This document shows, piece by piece, positions 1-11,169 of a DNA stretch of 64,000 nt. The position numbers and the translations under genes are program-made. The notes under the pieces are model-generated. The model searched no databases, was not told the DNA's origin, and saw only the letters and a program-made list of their open reading frames with translations. The stretch spans positions 61,008,001 through 61,072,000 of the forward strand of contig NC_092351.1 of assembly GCF_963676685.1 (NCBI RefSeq), written 5' to 3'. Each line of letters opens with the position of its first letter. Within the stretch, counting starts at the first letter, position 1. The stretch comes from Mytilus edulis. Its lineage: Eukaryota.

Positions 1-531
1 AAAGAAGTTGAATATCAAAATAAAAAAAATATATTTTTCTATGTCCACCTTGAAAAATATAACCGGAAGTAAGGGTTTTAAGACATATGTCTCATACATT
101 GTATCGCTTAGAGGCATCAAAGAAAGGTTCATGCACAATTTAATGATAGTAGCAATACGTTAAAACACATTTCAATCACTCTCTCTAGAAAATAAGCTTA
201 TTTTAGTACAATGTCTGCCATGTTGGATTTTACCGGAAGTAGGGTTTTAAAAGTCATCTAATCTATATAATAAATCAGTAGTACATAACAAAGGTTTGTA
301 CCAAATATCGTTATAGCAGCATGATAATAATACCTTTTCACATACTAGCCTTTGATATTGAGCCGATTAAAGTACAATGTCCGCCATTTTGGAATTTCCC
401 GGAAGTGAGACTTTTTTTAAATGCCTCCCTATCTGAAATAAAAGAGTAATAGTTGAGGATGGTCTATGCCAAAGTGCATGCTTGTAGCAGGATGTGCACA
501 ATTCGTCTGAAATATGCTTGTATCCGCCGGA
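1..531. repeat. Partial non-autonomous element with degenerate internal tandem units (CCGGAAGT motif), possibly HINE/Helentron-like
   Basis: CCGGAAGT recurs at ~63, ~233 and ~399 (period ~170 bp) with similar context. Related motifs occur at 28125-28266. Confidence 0.4.
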
Positions 532-535
532 CTAT

Positions 536-642
536 ATTGTTTGTCTGTTTGGTTTTTGTTTTTCATTTTTAGCCATGGCGTTGTCAGTTTATTTTCGATT
601 TATGAGTTTGACTGTCCCTCTGGTATTTTTCGTCCCTCTTTA
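536..642 (+). repeat. 3' fragment of the abundant retroelement-tail repeat
   Basis: Matches the 3' part of the copies at 9579-9796, 40016-40232 and 63100-63387 (tttagccatggcgttgtcagtt...cgtccctcttt). Confidence 0.75.
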
Positions 643-1599
643 TTAAAGAGAATCAAAAAGTTAAACCACTGTCCACGAGTATTTGCAGGGTTTGAGCGCC
701 CATCATCAGATTTTATCTAGTCACATTCTGTGTGTACCTTTCCCAAATCGGTAGCCTGTATTTCAGTTGTTGTAGTTGGTTCCTGTCAGTCTTTCGTATT
801 GTTTTTTTTTTCAAAATTGTTTTATTGTAAATGAATGGCGAAATATGCAAAGTGATATTCAAACTAATAAGTTTTTTAACAAATCAATTCATTAAAACTT
901 TTTTTACGCGGAACACCATTAGTTAATTATGACACTAACCTAGAAAATCTATAAACGTAACCTTAACTATAATTCCTTTATAATAATATGTTTCATCAAC
1001 GTTAAAAACAACAGACTATAGTTATTTAAAAAAAAAAACATTGTTTCGTTTTAATTAAGAAAAAGGCTTGTCGATAGGTAGAAATCATGTTTGGTATAAT
1101 TGGTTTTAGGATCCATGAATCTGTGTATGCATTTGTCATTATATTGTCGAGTAATACATATTTATGATTGATAAGAGATATAATATTGTCACTACATATA
1201 TAATGTAATTACGACTTCTTTAGTTCCTGCTTAGTTGGGTATCTTGCGGTTTGTAGTTTTTACGTGGATTTCTTTAACTGCGTGCTGTTAAGATGGCTTT
1301 TTGTGGAGAATAAATATTTTTAAAATCGGTGGGGATCGTATGTAGAAAACGGTAAATATTTATGAATTTGAGCTTTATATACATTCGGAACATTTTTTTT
1401 TTTTGGCGGATTGTCCCTTTAAATGAAACAACTGCTATTGTTATAGGTCATACCTTTACAGTTTTTTTAGCTGCGAGATGGCTAATATCTATTACTCACA
1501 TGTTCGTCCTACCTGATACTATGGCCTATATTTTTTATCTGAACTTTGACAAACGTTTAAATGTTTATTAAAACTTGTCTAAAAGAAATAATCCACAAT

Positions 1600-2880
1600 G
1601 CTTTTAAACATAAAAATGGTAGCATAAGCAATTAATTATAACGTTTGGATACTCTATGGCATATGTGTTAATAGTAAACTAAAAGGTAAAACATGCTATA
1701 CAAATTAAAGGACCGAGAGATCAGAATGCTGGAATTTCTTATTGAAAACATATTTGTTAAATTTGGACATTCATATGGGAACGAACTGTGCGCCTCTTTG
1801 CCGACTGATTCTTAATTTTATACGAATCGGATTTCCTTCAGACACAAGCAAAACTATCAAAAACTAGGAGATCAACGACGAAATGTATGTCAATTTATTT
1901 CCCATTCAGATATATTGTTGATATACTATCCATTAAAGGAGTACTGGCTACGAGATATGAAAAAAGGGAATGATCTCGTTTGGTTTGATTTTCTAAAGAA
2001 ATTATAATTCATTTAAAGTTGACAATTAGGTTCAATTCTGTCAAAATAAGCAAATAAATATGGCTGTCGAATTATTCCCTTGCTAATGAATAATTTAAAC
2101 ACATTGATTCCGTATCCATGTGATTTTCAATTTAACCCATTAAATAAGGATTAGTTACGCATGCATAATTCATGTTCAGCCACTTAAAGGAAAAAATGTC
2201 AACATTGAAAGTGAAATAAAGTCGGACCATTTCGTTGACTGATTTGATTCACAAAAAAATCATTCTTATTCCGGTAAAAACATTAATTGCCTTTGTTAAC
2301 CTATCACATGAAATCTATCAGTCCTATAAAACTGTGATCGTCGGCAGTACATGCATTCGGAGGTTCTCTAAATAGTTAATAAGGGGTGTCTAGACTAAAA
2401 TACACACGAAATACTGATATACATTATCGAGTTCATGATTTATTATCTGTTTATTCCAGAATTATTGTAATTTAGATATACGTTTTGGTATGTTTTAATT
2501 CAAATATGAGAATTTGAGTCAAATCGGTAAACAAGAATTTGACAGCTGGTACCCATTAAACAATAAAAAGTTGTCTAATTTGGTTTCAATTATATATCCC
2601 CTAGAACTATAAATTAACTATAAATTAAGGAAACAGAAGAAACGGCTTCATCTATCTCATTTTTAGACTTATACCACGAATTTAACATACATTGTAACCT
2701 TTGTACCAGAATCTATGACAATCGAGACGACTTTTGTTCTTCTAAATTATCAATTTTGCACAATATAGTACGATATACTTTGCCTGCAGTGGGATAACAG
2801 TTCACGACTTATTCGGTATTTAAGAGCTTGCAGCTGCTACGCAGATCTGTAAAACGACACCAGGGTGTGCGAAGAAAGTT
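1600..2880 (+). pseudogene. Decayed reverse-transcriptase retroelement fragment (Penelope-like RT type), split by a TIR insertion
   Basis: Degenerate RT remnants: MLEFLIENIFVKFG, MGTNCAPL, FRYIVDILSI, SSISFLDL, YDNRDDF, LIRYLRAC. Same family as 19996-20745. Frameshifted. Confidence 0.65.
1937..2556. mobile_element. Non-autonomous TIR element, probably Kolobok-type (TTAA target)
   Basis: Ends ttaa|aggagtactggct ... agctggtaccca|ttaa (degenerate TIRs). It interrupts the RT relic at LSI/NN. Confidence 0.5.
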
Positions 2881-3009
2881 CAACAGTGTGTGAGAAGAGA
2901 GTATAAAACTTAAAGACAGCTTTGAAGAACTAGTAACACTTTATTTCATCAAACCATATCATTTTTTCAAACATGAAATGGAAACGAATCCCTATTTGAT
3001 ATAGGTTAA

Positions 3010-3123
3010 TAGTTAAAACTGTCACCTTGGACTGCAATGTAGATCTAACCAGACTGTGAGTCAACTCTCGCTTTAACGATTGCGGACATTGTCTTGTCGA
3101 ATAATTGAATCGATTGTTTTGAT
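3010..3123 (-). pseudogene. Degenerate paralogous fragment of the TRIM-like gene propeller region
   Basis: Aligns with 4700-4810 (tgtcaccttggac...ttgtcttgtcgaataattgaatcgattg). Confidence 0.65.
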
Positions 3124-4389
3124 AAAAGCTTGTGTACAGGTTAAGATAATTATATTGTATACAATAACTTTAGTCAACTTTCCCAATCTTGCTAGATTGA
3201 AAATTGTTGGGTGTGTGTGTGAATACCATGAATAGTTTGAATAGTCTTAAAGTCTGTTTAGATCTTTTTCTTTTCCTAGGGTGGCTTCTCATTCTTCAAA
3301 TTGTTTGTCAGTGTTGAAACTATTTTAGTATTGTTTGGGTTTTTGGCAGAACAATACATCTTGCTGATATGGTGTGGTTTTCATTTTCCCACTTTGCATG
3401 GCTACCCTTCCGCCAGAGCGCATATATCTCCCCCGGTTTTTGGTCGGCTTCTTTTTCCTTAATGTATATTTTTTATCTCGTGTTTGTATACTGTTGATTG
3501 TCTTTTCCCCGTTTTTGCATTATTTCCAATGTCATTGGCAGTTTATTATCTTTCGCCTCTCATGTATGATTACTTCAACTTGTATTGTTTATCGAACATA
3601 CGGTGAATTATTCTGAATACATTATGATCTGAGATGGATTAAATACATGTTTGAAGAAATGATATTCAATATGCACGAATTTAGGGGAATGTGAACTCTT
3701 GTTGTAACTTACTTTTTACAGAAAGATCACTGAAGTGGCAGAATCTTTTGTTTATCACTAGAATGATAGAACTTCCGGATCAACTACCACAATTTACAAC
3801 AGTAGTATTTTCTTAATGAAAAATTTAGATTATAGTCTGAATAACGTTTAGCAATTATATAAACAAGAATATATTTAATGGTGATTAGAAAACAACTAAA
3901 TATTGAATAGTTTCAAGAAGTATATAAATAAAGGCAACAGTAGTATATCGCTGTTCAAAACTCGTAAATCCATGGACAAAAAACAAAATCGGGGTAACAA
4001 ACTAAAATGAGGAAAACTCATTATATATAAAAGGAGAACAACGACATAACATAAAAGTGTAACACACATATAAAACATAATAATATCCAGTCAGAATTTA
4101 AACGAAATTCATCAAGTATTGTCTTTTATTCAAAATGAATTAATTTAAATTGTTAGTGGCACTTTGATACGAATTATATTTATTTACCGGATAGACAGAA
4201 ACAGACATTTAAACTAATATAAATTCATGTTCAGAAAGTTATGACAAGAGATCACAACTTATTATACAGTGTATATATGAAAGTTTGACAGATAGTTGTC
4301 AAAAAAATTGAACTGATTTTTGTCCTGTCATGATATGGTCGTAAATGTTTTAAATCGGATTTTAGATTGTAAGGTACATTTCCTCCCTT

Positions 4390-6108
4390 TTATGACACGT
4401 TATAAACAACGGCTGGTCCACGTATCTGTGCAAAAAGCAGGTTCTTTCTCTTTTTATCAAAATACAAAGCACATGGACGCGATATTCTATCATCAAATGT
4501 AAGAATCTCTTTACCATTTGACCCATCTGACGACAGGATAACTATATTGTTTGTATAGTAAGAACAAACAAAAATGTTTGCATCTTCATCAAGGGAAATT
4601 GACAAAGGATAAGCCAGCAAGTCTGCGTCGCTAAACACCCACTGTTTCATTCCAGTAACGGCATAGCATGTAATCGTATGCTGTTCTGCTCTGGATTCGT
4701 AGATGTTGTCACCTTGGACAGCAATGAAGATCGAACCAGACTTTGACTCACTTCTCGCTTTTACGATTGTTGAAATTGTCTTGTCGAATAATTGAATCGA
4801 TTGAATTCCCTTTGATTTAACATAACATATTATCATTCTTTTTGTGAAGTGGTAATCTATGCTTTGACATTCACCATTTGTTTTAATACTTTCTATAATA
4901 TTCCCAGAGTCGATTTCGATAATTTGAACGGCACGAATGGCGGATATGGCTACTGTTTTATCACTAATGATGGTAATGTCAAACGGCCCACTAGTTACTT
5001 GAACTGTTTTCAAGAGAGTACCATCAATACTGAGCATGATAAGTCTCTGTTGGCTCAAATCTGCAAATATAAATTGTCCGTTAGATAAAACAACGGCACC
5101 ACGAATGTCAGATCCCTTAAACAAATCATCTGGCATTTCAATTGTTGATGCACAAGTAAGTTTTATTTCTTCAACAGTCCTCTGGATAGATTGGGGAATT
5201 TTCGTAAAAATCTGTGCCTGCTTTTCTCTTTCTGCATTGAAAATAACTGATAACGACCCTAATTCTACAGATATAAATCCAAAGGTTGTTATTGATGATA
5301 ATATCCCTATTGTATCATTAATTTTGCATTTCCAGATATTTTGTTGAAGGCTTCCATCTTTTATTAAAGTCTGGAGATATTTTTCTTCCTTTTCAACATC
5401 AGCTTCAATTAGTTTACTACCCATATATGCCTGAAGATTTGATCCATATTTCTTGACGGATGTTATGCTCTCCTGCAATTTATCTGCATATTTTGTTTTC
5501 TGTGAAAGATCTGCTACCAATTTATTAGTTTTTAAATTAACCTTCATCTCGGCAGCATCTAGTTCTGTCTGTATCTGTTGTTCTAGTTCATCCAAATGAG
5601 AGTTTATTGTAATTCTCAATTGTGTGACTTCATTCTGACATTTTTCTCGTTGGTGGAGGAACCTGGTTAGATCATCTATGCGATCCTTTATGATTGCATC
5701 AATGTTGTTTTTTATGTCTTTGATACTTATCTCAATGGAATCAAATAAAGTTGATGACTTGGCATTCTTTAGAACATCACGAAGTAGCTGTAAACCAACA
5801 CACTTTTGGTGAATAGTAGAAATACAAGCCGGGCAACATAGTTTGTTATGATGAGGACAATAATTTTCAAATTTCATATCATGCTCCGTGCAGAAATTTG
5901 AGATATTTGCAATTGATGCGGGAAGTTTTCTATACCTTTTCATAGAAATGACACCATGTGTTCGTGTTGCTTTCGAAATACTGTGATGATTATCATGGCA
6001 TTCCGTACATAACCCTTCATCGCATTCAGGACACCAATAAGCGGATACTTTTGTAATATGACGAACTTTACAAACTCCACAAAATGTACTGTCGGAAGAG
6101 TCAGACAT
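4390..6108 (-). CDS. B-box-type zinc finger, coiled-coil and C-terminal beta-propeller (NHL-like) protein; RING-less TRIM-like, 572 aa
   Basis: N-terminal CxxC..CxxC..CxxC..H..H, then CxxH..CxxH..CxxC..H B-boxes; heptad-rich middle; propeller repeats (PFDITI, YPLSISLD, RPCALYFD). Splice acceptor tttacag lies just upstream of the ATG, implying a non-coding first exon. Confidence 0.88.
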   Translation of the reverse strand: MSDSSDSTFCGVCKVRHITKVSAYWCPECDEGLCTECHDNHHSISKATRTHGVISMKRYRKLPASIANISNFCTEHDMKFENYCPHHNKLCCPACISTIHQKCVGLQLLRDVLKNAKSSTLFDSIEISIKDIKNNIDAIIKDRIDDLTRFLHQREKCQNEVTQLRITINSHLDELEQQIQTELDAAEMKVNLKTNKLVADLSQKTKYADKLQESITSVKKYGSNLQAYMGSKLIEADVEKEEKYLQTLIKDGSLQQNIWKCKINDTIGILSSITTFGFISVELGSLSVIFNAEREKQAQIFTKIPQSIQRTVEEIKLTCASTIEMPDDLFKGSDIRGAVVLSNGQFIFADLSQQRLIMLSIDGTLLKTVQVTSGPFDITIISDKTVAISAIRAVQIIEIDSGNIIESIKTNGECQSIDYHFTKRMIICYVKSKGIQSIQLFDKTISTIVKARSESKSGSIFIAVQGDNIYESRAEQHTITCYAVTGMKQWVFSDADLLAYPLSISLDEDANIFVCSYYTNNIVILSSDGSNGKEILTFDDRISRPCALYFDKKRKNLLFAQIRGPAVVYNVS

Positions 6109-6913
6109 TGTATCTGTAAATATAAATTATATACAGTCATGAGACTCTGCTATTCGAAAAAAATAATTAGTTTTATATTATCTTGCATAGTACATGACGA
6201 CATGTCGTTCTGTAAAACGGTAACTAGTAAACATATTGGTCTCTTAAGGTCAATCTGATATGAGCACCTTTTAAGATTAAACAATAAATCATCAAGTCAT
6301 TCCATTTTTTTCAGTCAACTTCCAGACTATTCACACTCAAGATCAAATTCGCTTTCAGTCAATCAAGACCTGTAATGTCTATGTTCAGATTATCCAGTAT
6401 TTTTTATTTACCTGCACACATCATACTGAATTGTCTGGGTAACTAAGGAACGCGTACAAAATAAACTGTCAGCAAATTTTCTGAACAGTATTTAATTTCG
6501 GATGAGCTGAATGACTGCACATGACTGAATCATTTATTAATTCGACTTTTAAGATGATTAAGATATCTGGATATTTAATTATTATGATTTTGTTCATTTA
6601 TGGTTTTTTTTCTGTCTTAGGTGTTCTTTCGTTTATTTTTACTGTATAACTATTACGTTATGTTGTCATTTTAGTGGTTTTTCAAGCATTGCAATACATA
6701 CTGTAAATTTGGCTAGCCCAAAATTCAGGTTTTACCTAGCATTTTTTTCTCGACATGTCCTGTACTAAGTCCGGAATATGGCAGTTAAATAGTCAGTTTA
6801 TATGTATGTTGGCATTTTTATCGTAGAAGGTCAGTGTTTCTGTTAATCCGTCAATTTCCACTTATGGTTATATGTGGGAATAGTTATCAAAAGTACCAGA
6901 ATTATAATTTTAT

Positions 6914-6957
6914 ACGCCAGACGCGCGTTTCGTCTACATAAGACTCATCAGTGACGC
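6914..6957 (-). ncRNA. Minimal type I hammerhead ribozyme
   Basis: Reverse complement reads gcgtca-CTGATGA-GTC-ttatgta-GAC-GAAA-cgcgcg-TC-tggcgt: conserved core, stems I and II, palindromic stem III, GUC cleavage triplet. Confidence 0.85.
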
Positions 6958-7268
6958 TCAGATCAAAATAGTTAAAAAGCCAAATCAATACAAAGTTGAA
7001 GAGCATTGAGGATCCAAAATTCCAAAAAGTTGTGCCAAATACGGCTAAGGTAATCTACTCCTGGGGTAAGAAAATCCTTAGTTTTTCGAAAAATTCAAGG
7101 TTGTGTAAACAGAAAATTTATAAAAATGACCATATAATTGATATTCATGTCAACACCGAAGTGCCGACTACTGGGCTGGTGATAACTTCGGGGACGAAAC
7201 GTCCACCAGCAATGGCATCGACCCATTGGTGTAAATAATTATCAAAAGTACCAGGATTATAATTTTAT

Positions 7269-7312
7269 ACGCCAGACGCGCGTTTCGTCTACATAAGACT
7301 CATCAGTGACGC
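7269..7312 (-). ncRNA. Minimal type I hammerhead ribozyme
   Basis: Identical motif to 6914-6957. Confidence 0.85.
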
Positions 7313-8989
7313 TCAGATCAAAATAGTTAAAAAGCCAAATCAATACAAAGTTGAAGAACATTGAGGATCCAAAATTCCAAAAAGTTGTGCCAAATACGGC
7401 TAAGGTAATCTACTCCTGAGGTAAGAAAATCCTTAGTTTTTCGAAAAATTCAAGGTTTTGTAAACAGAAAATTTATAAAAAACTGACAAAAAAAACACTC
7501 AAGTTAACAAAATTAAACGTCTAAATTAACGATGAACAAACGTCAATACATTCTTGTTCTGTTTTAGATCGGACAAGTTCAAAGTCAATTTAATGGTGCA
7601 AGAAAATTGGTACCGTTAATTTTATTAATAAGAAAAAAATATATGTTGCCTGAGGGAGTTCATCTCATTTAAGCAATCTCTTTATCAATGTTAATCTTTC
7701 ATTATTCAGCAAAATTTCATTTCGTTTAAATCACAGATAAAATAAAATAATTGAATGATATAGTTTCACATTTTGCGTGTACAATCTGGCCTTTTTCATG
7801 TTTTTATGCAAAACAACATATTGACAGAAAAATACAATCTGAATGAATAAATATATACATATATCTTAAAATGTATGATATATACATTTGATTACCGGAG
7901 GTGTTCTTTGTTGGGGTGTGTATTCAATAACAAGGAAGTAAATAGTCAAGGTAACCAGGTTCAAAGTTTAAATACCAATTTTTAATATCACATCAATATT
8001 TTTATATATTGATTTACGATATTCAAAGCTAATGTTTAAATAACTTAATACGGTGTTAACAATTCAATGAGTACAAAGGGAGACAACTCGAAATTTATGT
8101 GGATGTTAAATGAAAAATAACGCATTTCAAAATATTCGTACGTCTGTTCACGGTTTTTCGAGTGATATGGTCCATTTTTTCGAGTGTAGTTCGGTATTTT
8201 TCGGGTTATAAAACATGCAATAAGTTCAATTAACGGATATTTCGTTATTATACATGTAACAGGTTTTGACATTACTACCCATCTTATATTGAATACTAAA
8301 TAGGTTTTGATCACCAAAGAAGCACATTTTCCTTGTATTTAATCAAAATAATCAGTGTTTGTTATTGTCCGGGTTTTTTCGAGAGCAACTGTGAAATCGT
8401 CCGGGTTTTTAGACGATTGGTCCGGGTTTTTTTACAGAAAATTTGATAAAGAAAAAAGGTATTCCAGACTTTAAAAAATGACTTTTTTCTTGTCTATAAC
8501 TGAAATTAAGTGACGGACAATATATTCCCAATAAGTCATCAAAAACATATCAAAATGGATCTCTTTTTAATTTAATACAAATGTCTGTTTTGAGTGCGTT
8601 ATACAACTGTTTTCCAGTGTGCATTTAGAAATTACTTGATCTTTAACAAAACGGTGTCTAAAACATAATTCAGGGAACTCATAATCATTTTAACTTTTTT
8701 TTTGTTTAATCATTTTTCTTGTGGTGAACTCCGGAGATAAATAAAAGAAACCTATTAATAAACACTCAGATCTTGCAATAAACATAAAAAAAACACGCAC
8801 ACTTTATCCATCCCATTCTTATTGCCATTGAACACAAAATTTGAATAAAATTCAGATAAGATAAACAATGCAATGAATAGTTCATTAGCCTAAATATGAT
8901 CCTTTAGCAATTATAGACAAATACAAAATGTGTATATTATATGCTATCACAAGCTAGATTGTCCAGTACTTCGAACGACACTAGGAACA

Positions 8990-9145
8990 CTTGCAGCTAA
9001 CCATGCGAATAAGTCTCTATTTGGACTCTACAGGAAACTGCGAAATATCTCTTTACCTGTTGATTTACAACTGAGACTTTTCGATGCCCTTGTACAGCCA
9101 GTTCTCATCTACGGCTGTGAGGTGTGGGGTTTTGAAAACACTTAC
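8990..9145 (+). pseudogene. Non-LTR retrotransposon (LINE) ORF2 fragment, post-RT region
   Basis: ANKSLFGLYRKLRNISLPVDLQLRLFDALVQPVLIYGCEVWG; the P.L.YGCEVWG motif is typical of LINE ORF2 downstream of RT. Confidence 0.7.
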
Positions 9146-9168
9146 AATTTAATATATATTTAATATAG

Positions 9169-9471
9169 TATCACCAGCCCAGTAGTCAGCACTTCGGTGT
9201 TGACATGAATATCAATTATATGGTCATTTTTATAAATTTTCTGTTTACAAAACTTTGAATTTTTCGAAAAACTAAGGATTTTCTTACCCCAGGAGTAGAT
9301 TACCTTAGCCATATTTGGCACAACTTTTAGGAATTTTTTATCCTCAATGCTCTTCAACTTTGTATTTATTTGGCTTTTTAACTATTTTGATCTGAGCGTC
9401 ACTGATGAGTCTTATGTAGACGAAACGCGCGTCTGGCGTATAAAATTATAATCCTGGTACTTTTGATAACT
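9169..9471 (+). repeat. Retrozyme-like repeat unit (partial), opposite orientation to 6879-7482
   Basis: Reverse complement of ~6880-7183. Confidence 0.85.
9396..9439 (+). ncRNA. Minimal type I hammerhead ribozyme
   Basis: gcgtca CTGATGA gtc ttatgta gac GAAA cgcgcg TC tggcgt read directly on the + strand. Confidence 0.85.
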
Positions 9472-9578
9472 AATTAGAAAAGATACACCTCAGCTTCAAG
9501 TATGATAGCAATAAACATTAATGCAATAAACCATTCAGGTCAGAACTACCCATTTTGTAGTTATCGATTAGATAAAAT

Positions 9579-9796
9579 GTGCCACATGTGGAGCAGGATC
9601 TGCTTACCCTTCCGGAGCACCTGAGATCAGCCCTAGTTTTTGGTGGGGTTCGTGTTGTTTATTCTTTAGTTTTCTATGTTGTGTCGTGTGTACTATTGTT
9701 TTTCTGTTTGTCTTTTTTATTTTTAGCCATGGCGTTGTCAGTTTGTTTTAGATTTATGAGTTTGACCGTCCCTTTGGTATCTTTCGTCCCTCTTTT
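9579..9796 (+). repeat. Abundant retroelement-tail (SINE-like) repeat
   Basis: gtgccacatgtggagcaggatctgcttacccttccggagcac...cgtccctctttt, with several near-identical copies in the window. Confidence 0.8.
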
Positions 9797-11169
9797 AGAC
9801 CAAACAATTTAAAAATCTATGGTATATTTTTCTAGGGATATTTTATAAAAAGTGTAAAATAGCGTGCTGTGCCTTAAATAGACCACCCGTAAATTATACA
9901 GTGCATCAATATTTTAGATTTTAGCAGATGTAACAGGTAGTGCGGGATAGTTATGATTCTGTATACCCCTTATGGATTCAATGCTTCAAGGTAAATGTCT
10001 TTAATTCTCGTTGGGAGATAAAAATTCAGGAATCAAACCTCAGTTAGCTTTGAATTTACGCAGAAAATAAATAAGTGCCATCTAGGAATAAATCAGGATT
10101 CTATCCATTTAAAGATTGTTACCAAATGATTGGTTTATCATTGGAAGGCTATTTTGGGAATAGTCCGGTACATCTTTTTGTGATCTGTTTATTATTGGTA
10201 AACGTTTTCCCGTGTGACCGATAGGGGGAATGGGGTGTTTTTTCAAAGGACTAGGTTGACTTTACATAACACATATTCATTACAACCAAGCTAATAGATT
10301 TTGCTGAATTCTTTCCTGTAAGTCACTCTGTCTTTTTAAGGCTCATGTTATACGATTCACTTAACAAGTTGTCATCGTTTGTGTAATGTAATGTGTTTGT
10401 TGCAATAGTGTTCCGTTTTGATCGAATAAAATAATTGTATATCTTTACAATTTTTCTTTTGTATCTTTCTATTACTTTAGTACTATTGGTTTACTAGTCA
10501 TCCAACTCAATGACATTTTAACTGTCATAATAATGAACAATGAGAAAATAGGTGCTGTATTGTATTTTTATCGGTTTAGGATTGTTTTAATTATGTCTGG
10601 CCTGTGTCCAAACAGTTCTAGCGTGGGTTTTACAAATAACGAAAAAGATTTTGTAATCATGGTGAATATCGATAAAACAAAAAGCTTGTCAAAAACAATT
10701 AAATACAATCTTTATTGTGTTCAAAGAGGGTAGAAAACTCACAACCCATAACTCGGGCCCCTCTTGGTTACATGTATAGGTATTTTTTTATCTGAAATAA
10801 ACGTACTATGCTATCAGAATTGTTTCATATAAGATAATAAATATGACGAAAAATAGCTTTTGTTAGTATTACTACAATCACATCTAAATAAGTGTGCAAA
10901 TGTACAATATTATCTCAACGACCTTTCTATGTCATAATGTATTCGTACTTGTTAAAGTAAAACAAAAATTGCACAAATAAGATGACTGATCCCGAAAATG
11001 ATAGAGGATATCTGGTGTAGTTTACATTGTCATATAAAGTTCGTTAAAATTGGACTGATAGTTAAATAATTAAGAAAGTCACAAACTCATAGAAAATGAA
11101 CCTCCGGGATCCTTGTCTTGAGACATCTTGAAATGTCTTGAGACAAATTTCCAAGACGCGTGAGGCTGT

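Larger units (their letters stand above)
6879..7482 (-). repeat. ~355-bp tandem repeat (1.7 units) carrying hammerhead ribozymes; non-LTR retrozyme / Penelope-associated repeat
   Basis: Near-identical units offset by 355 bp, each with a type I hammerhead motif. Confidence 0.85.

Noticed and set aside
4849-5347. Plus-strand ORFs overlapping the TRIM-like gene (likewise antisense ORFs over the BEL pol and 51613-51882)
   Set aside because: Antisense shadows of real coding sequence.
6996-7238. Repeated ORF MKSIEDPKFQKVVPN... (also 9160-9357)
   Set aside because: Lies within the retrozyme repeat, antisense to the ribozyme, with a non-ATG start; no evidence of coding.
9579-9812. Recurrent short hydrophobic ORFs (MPHVEQ...; also 514-720, 19016-19328, 63234-63482)
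   Set aside because: Chance frames within the retroelement-tail repeat.
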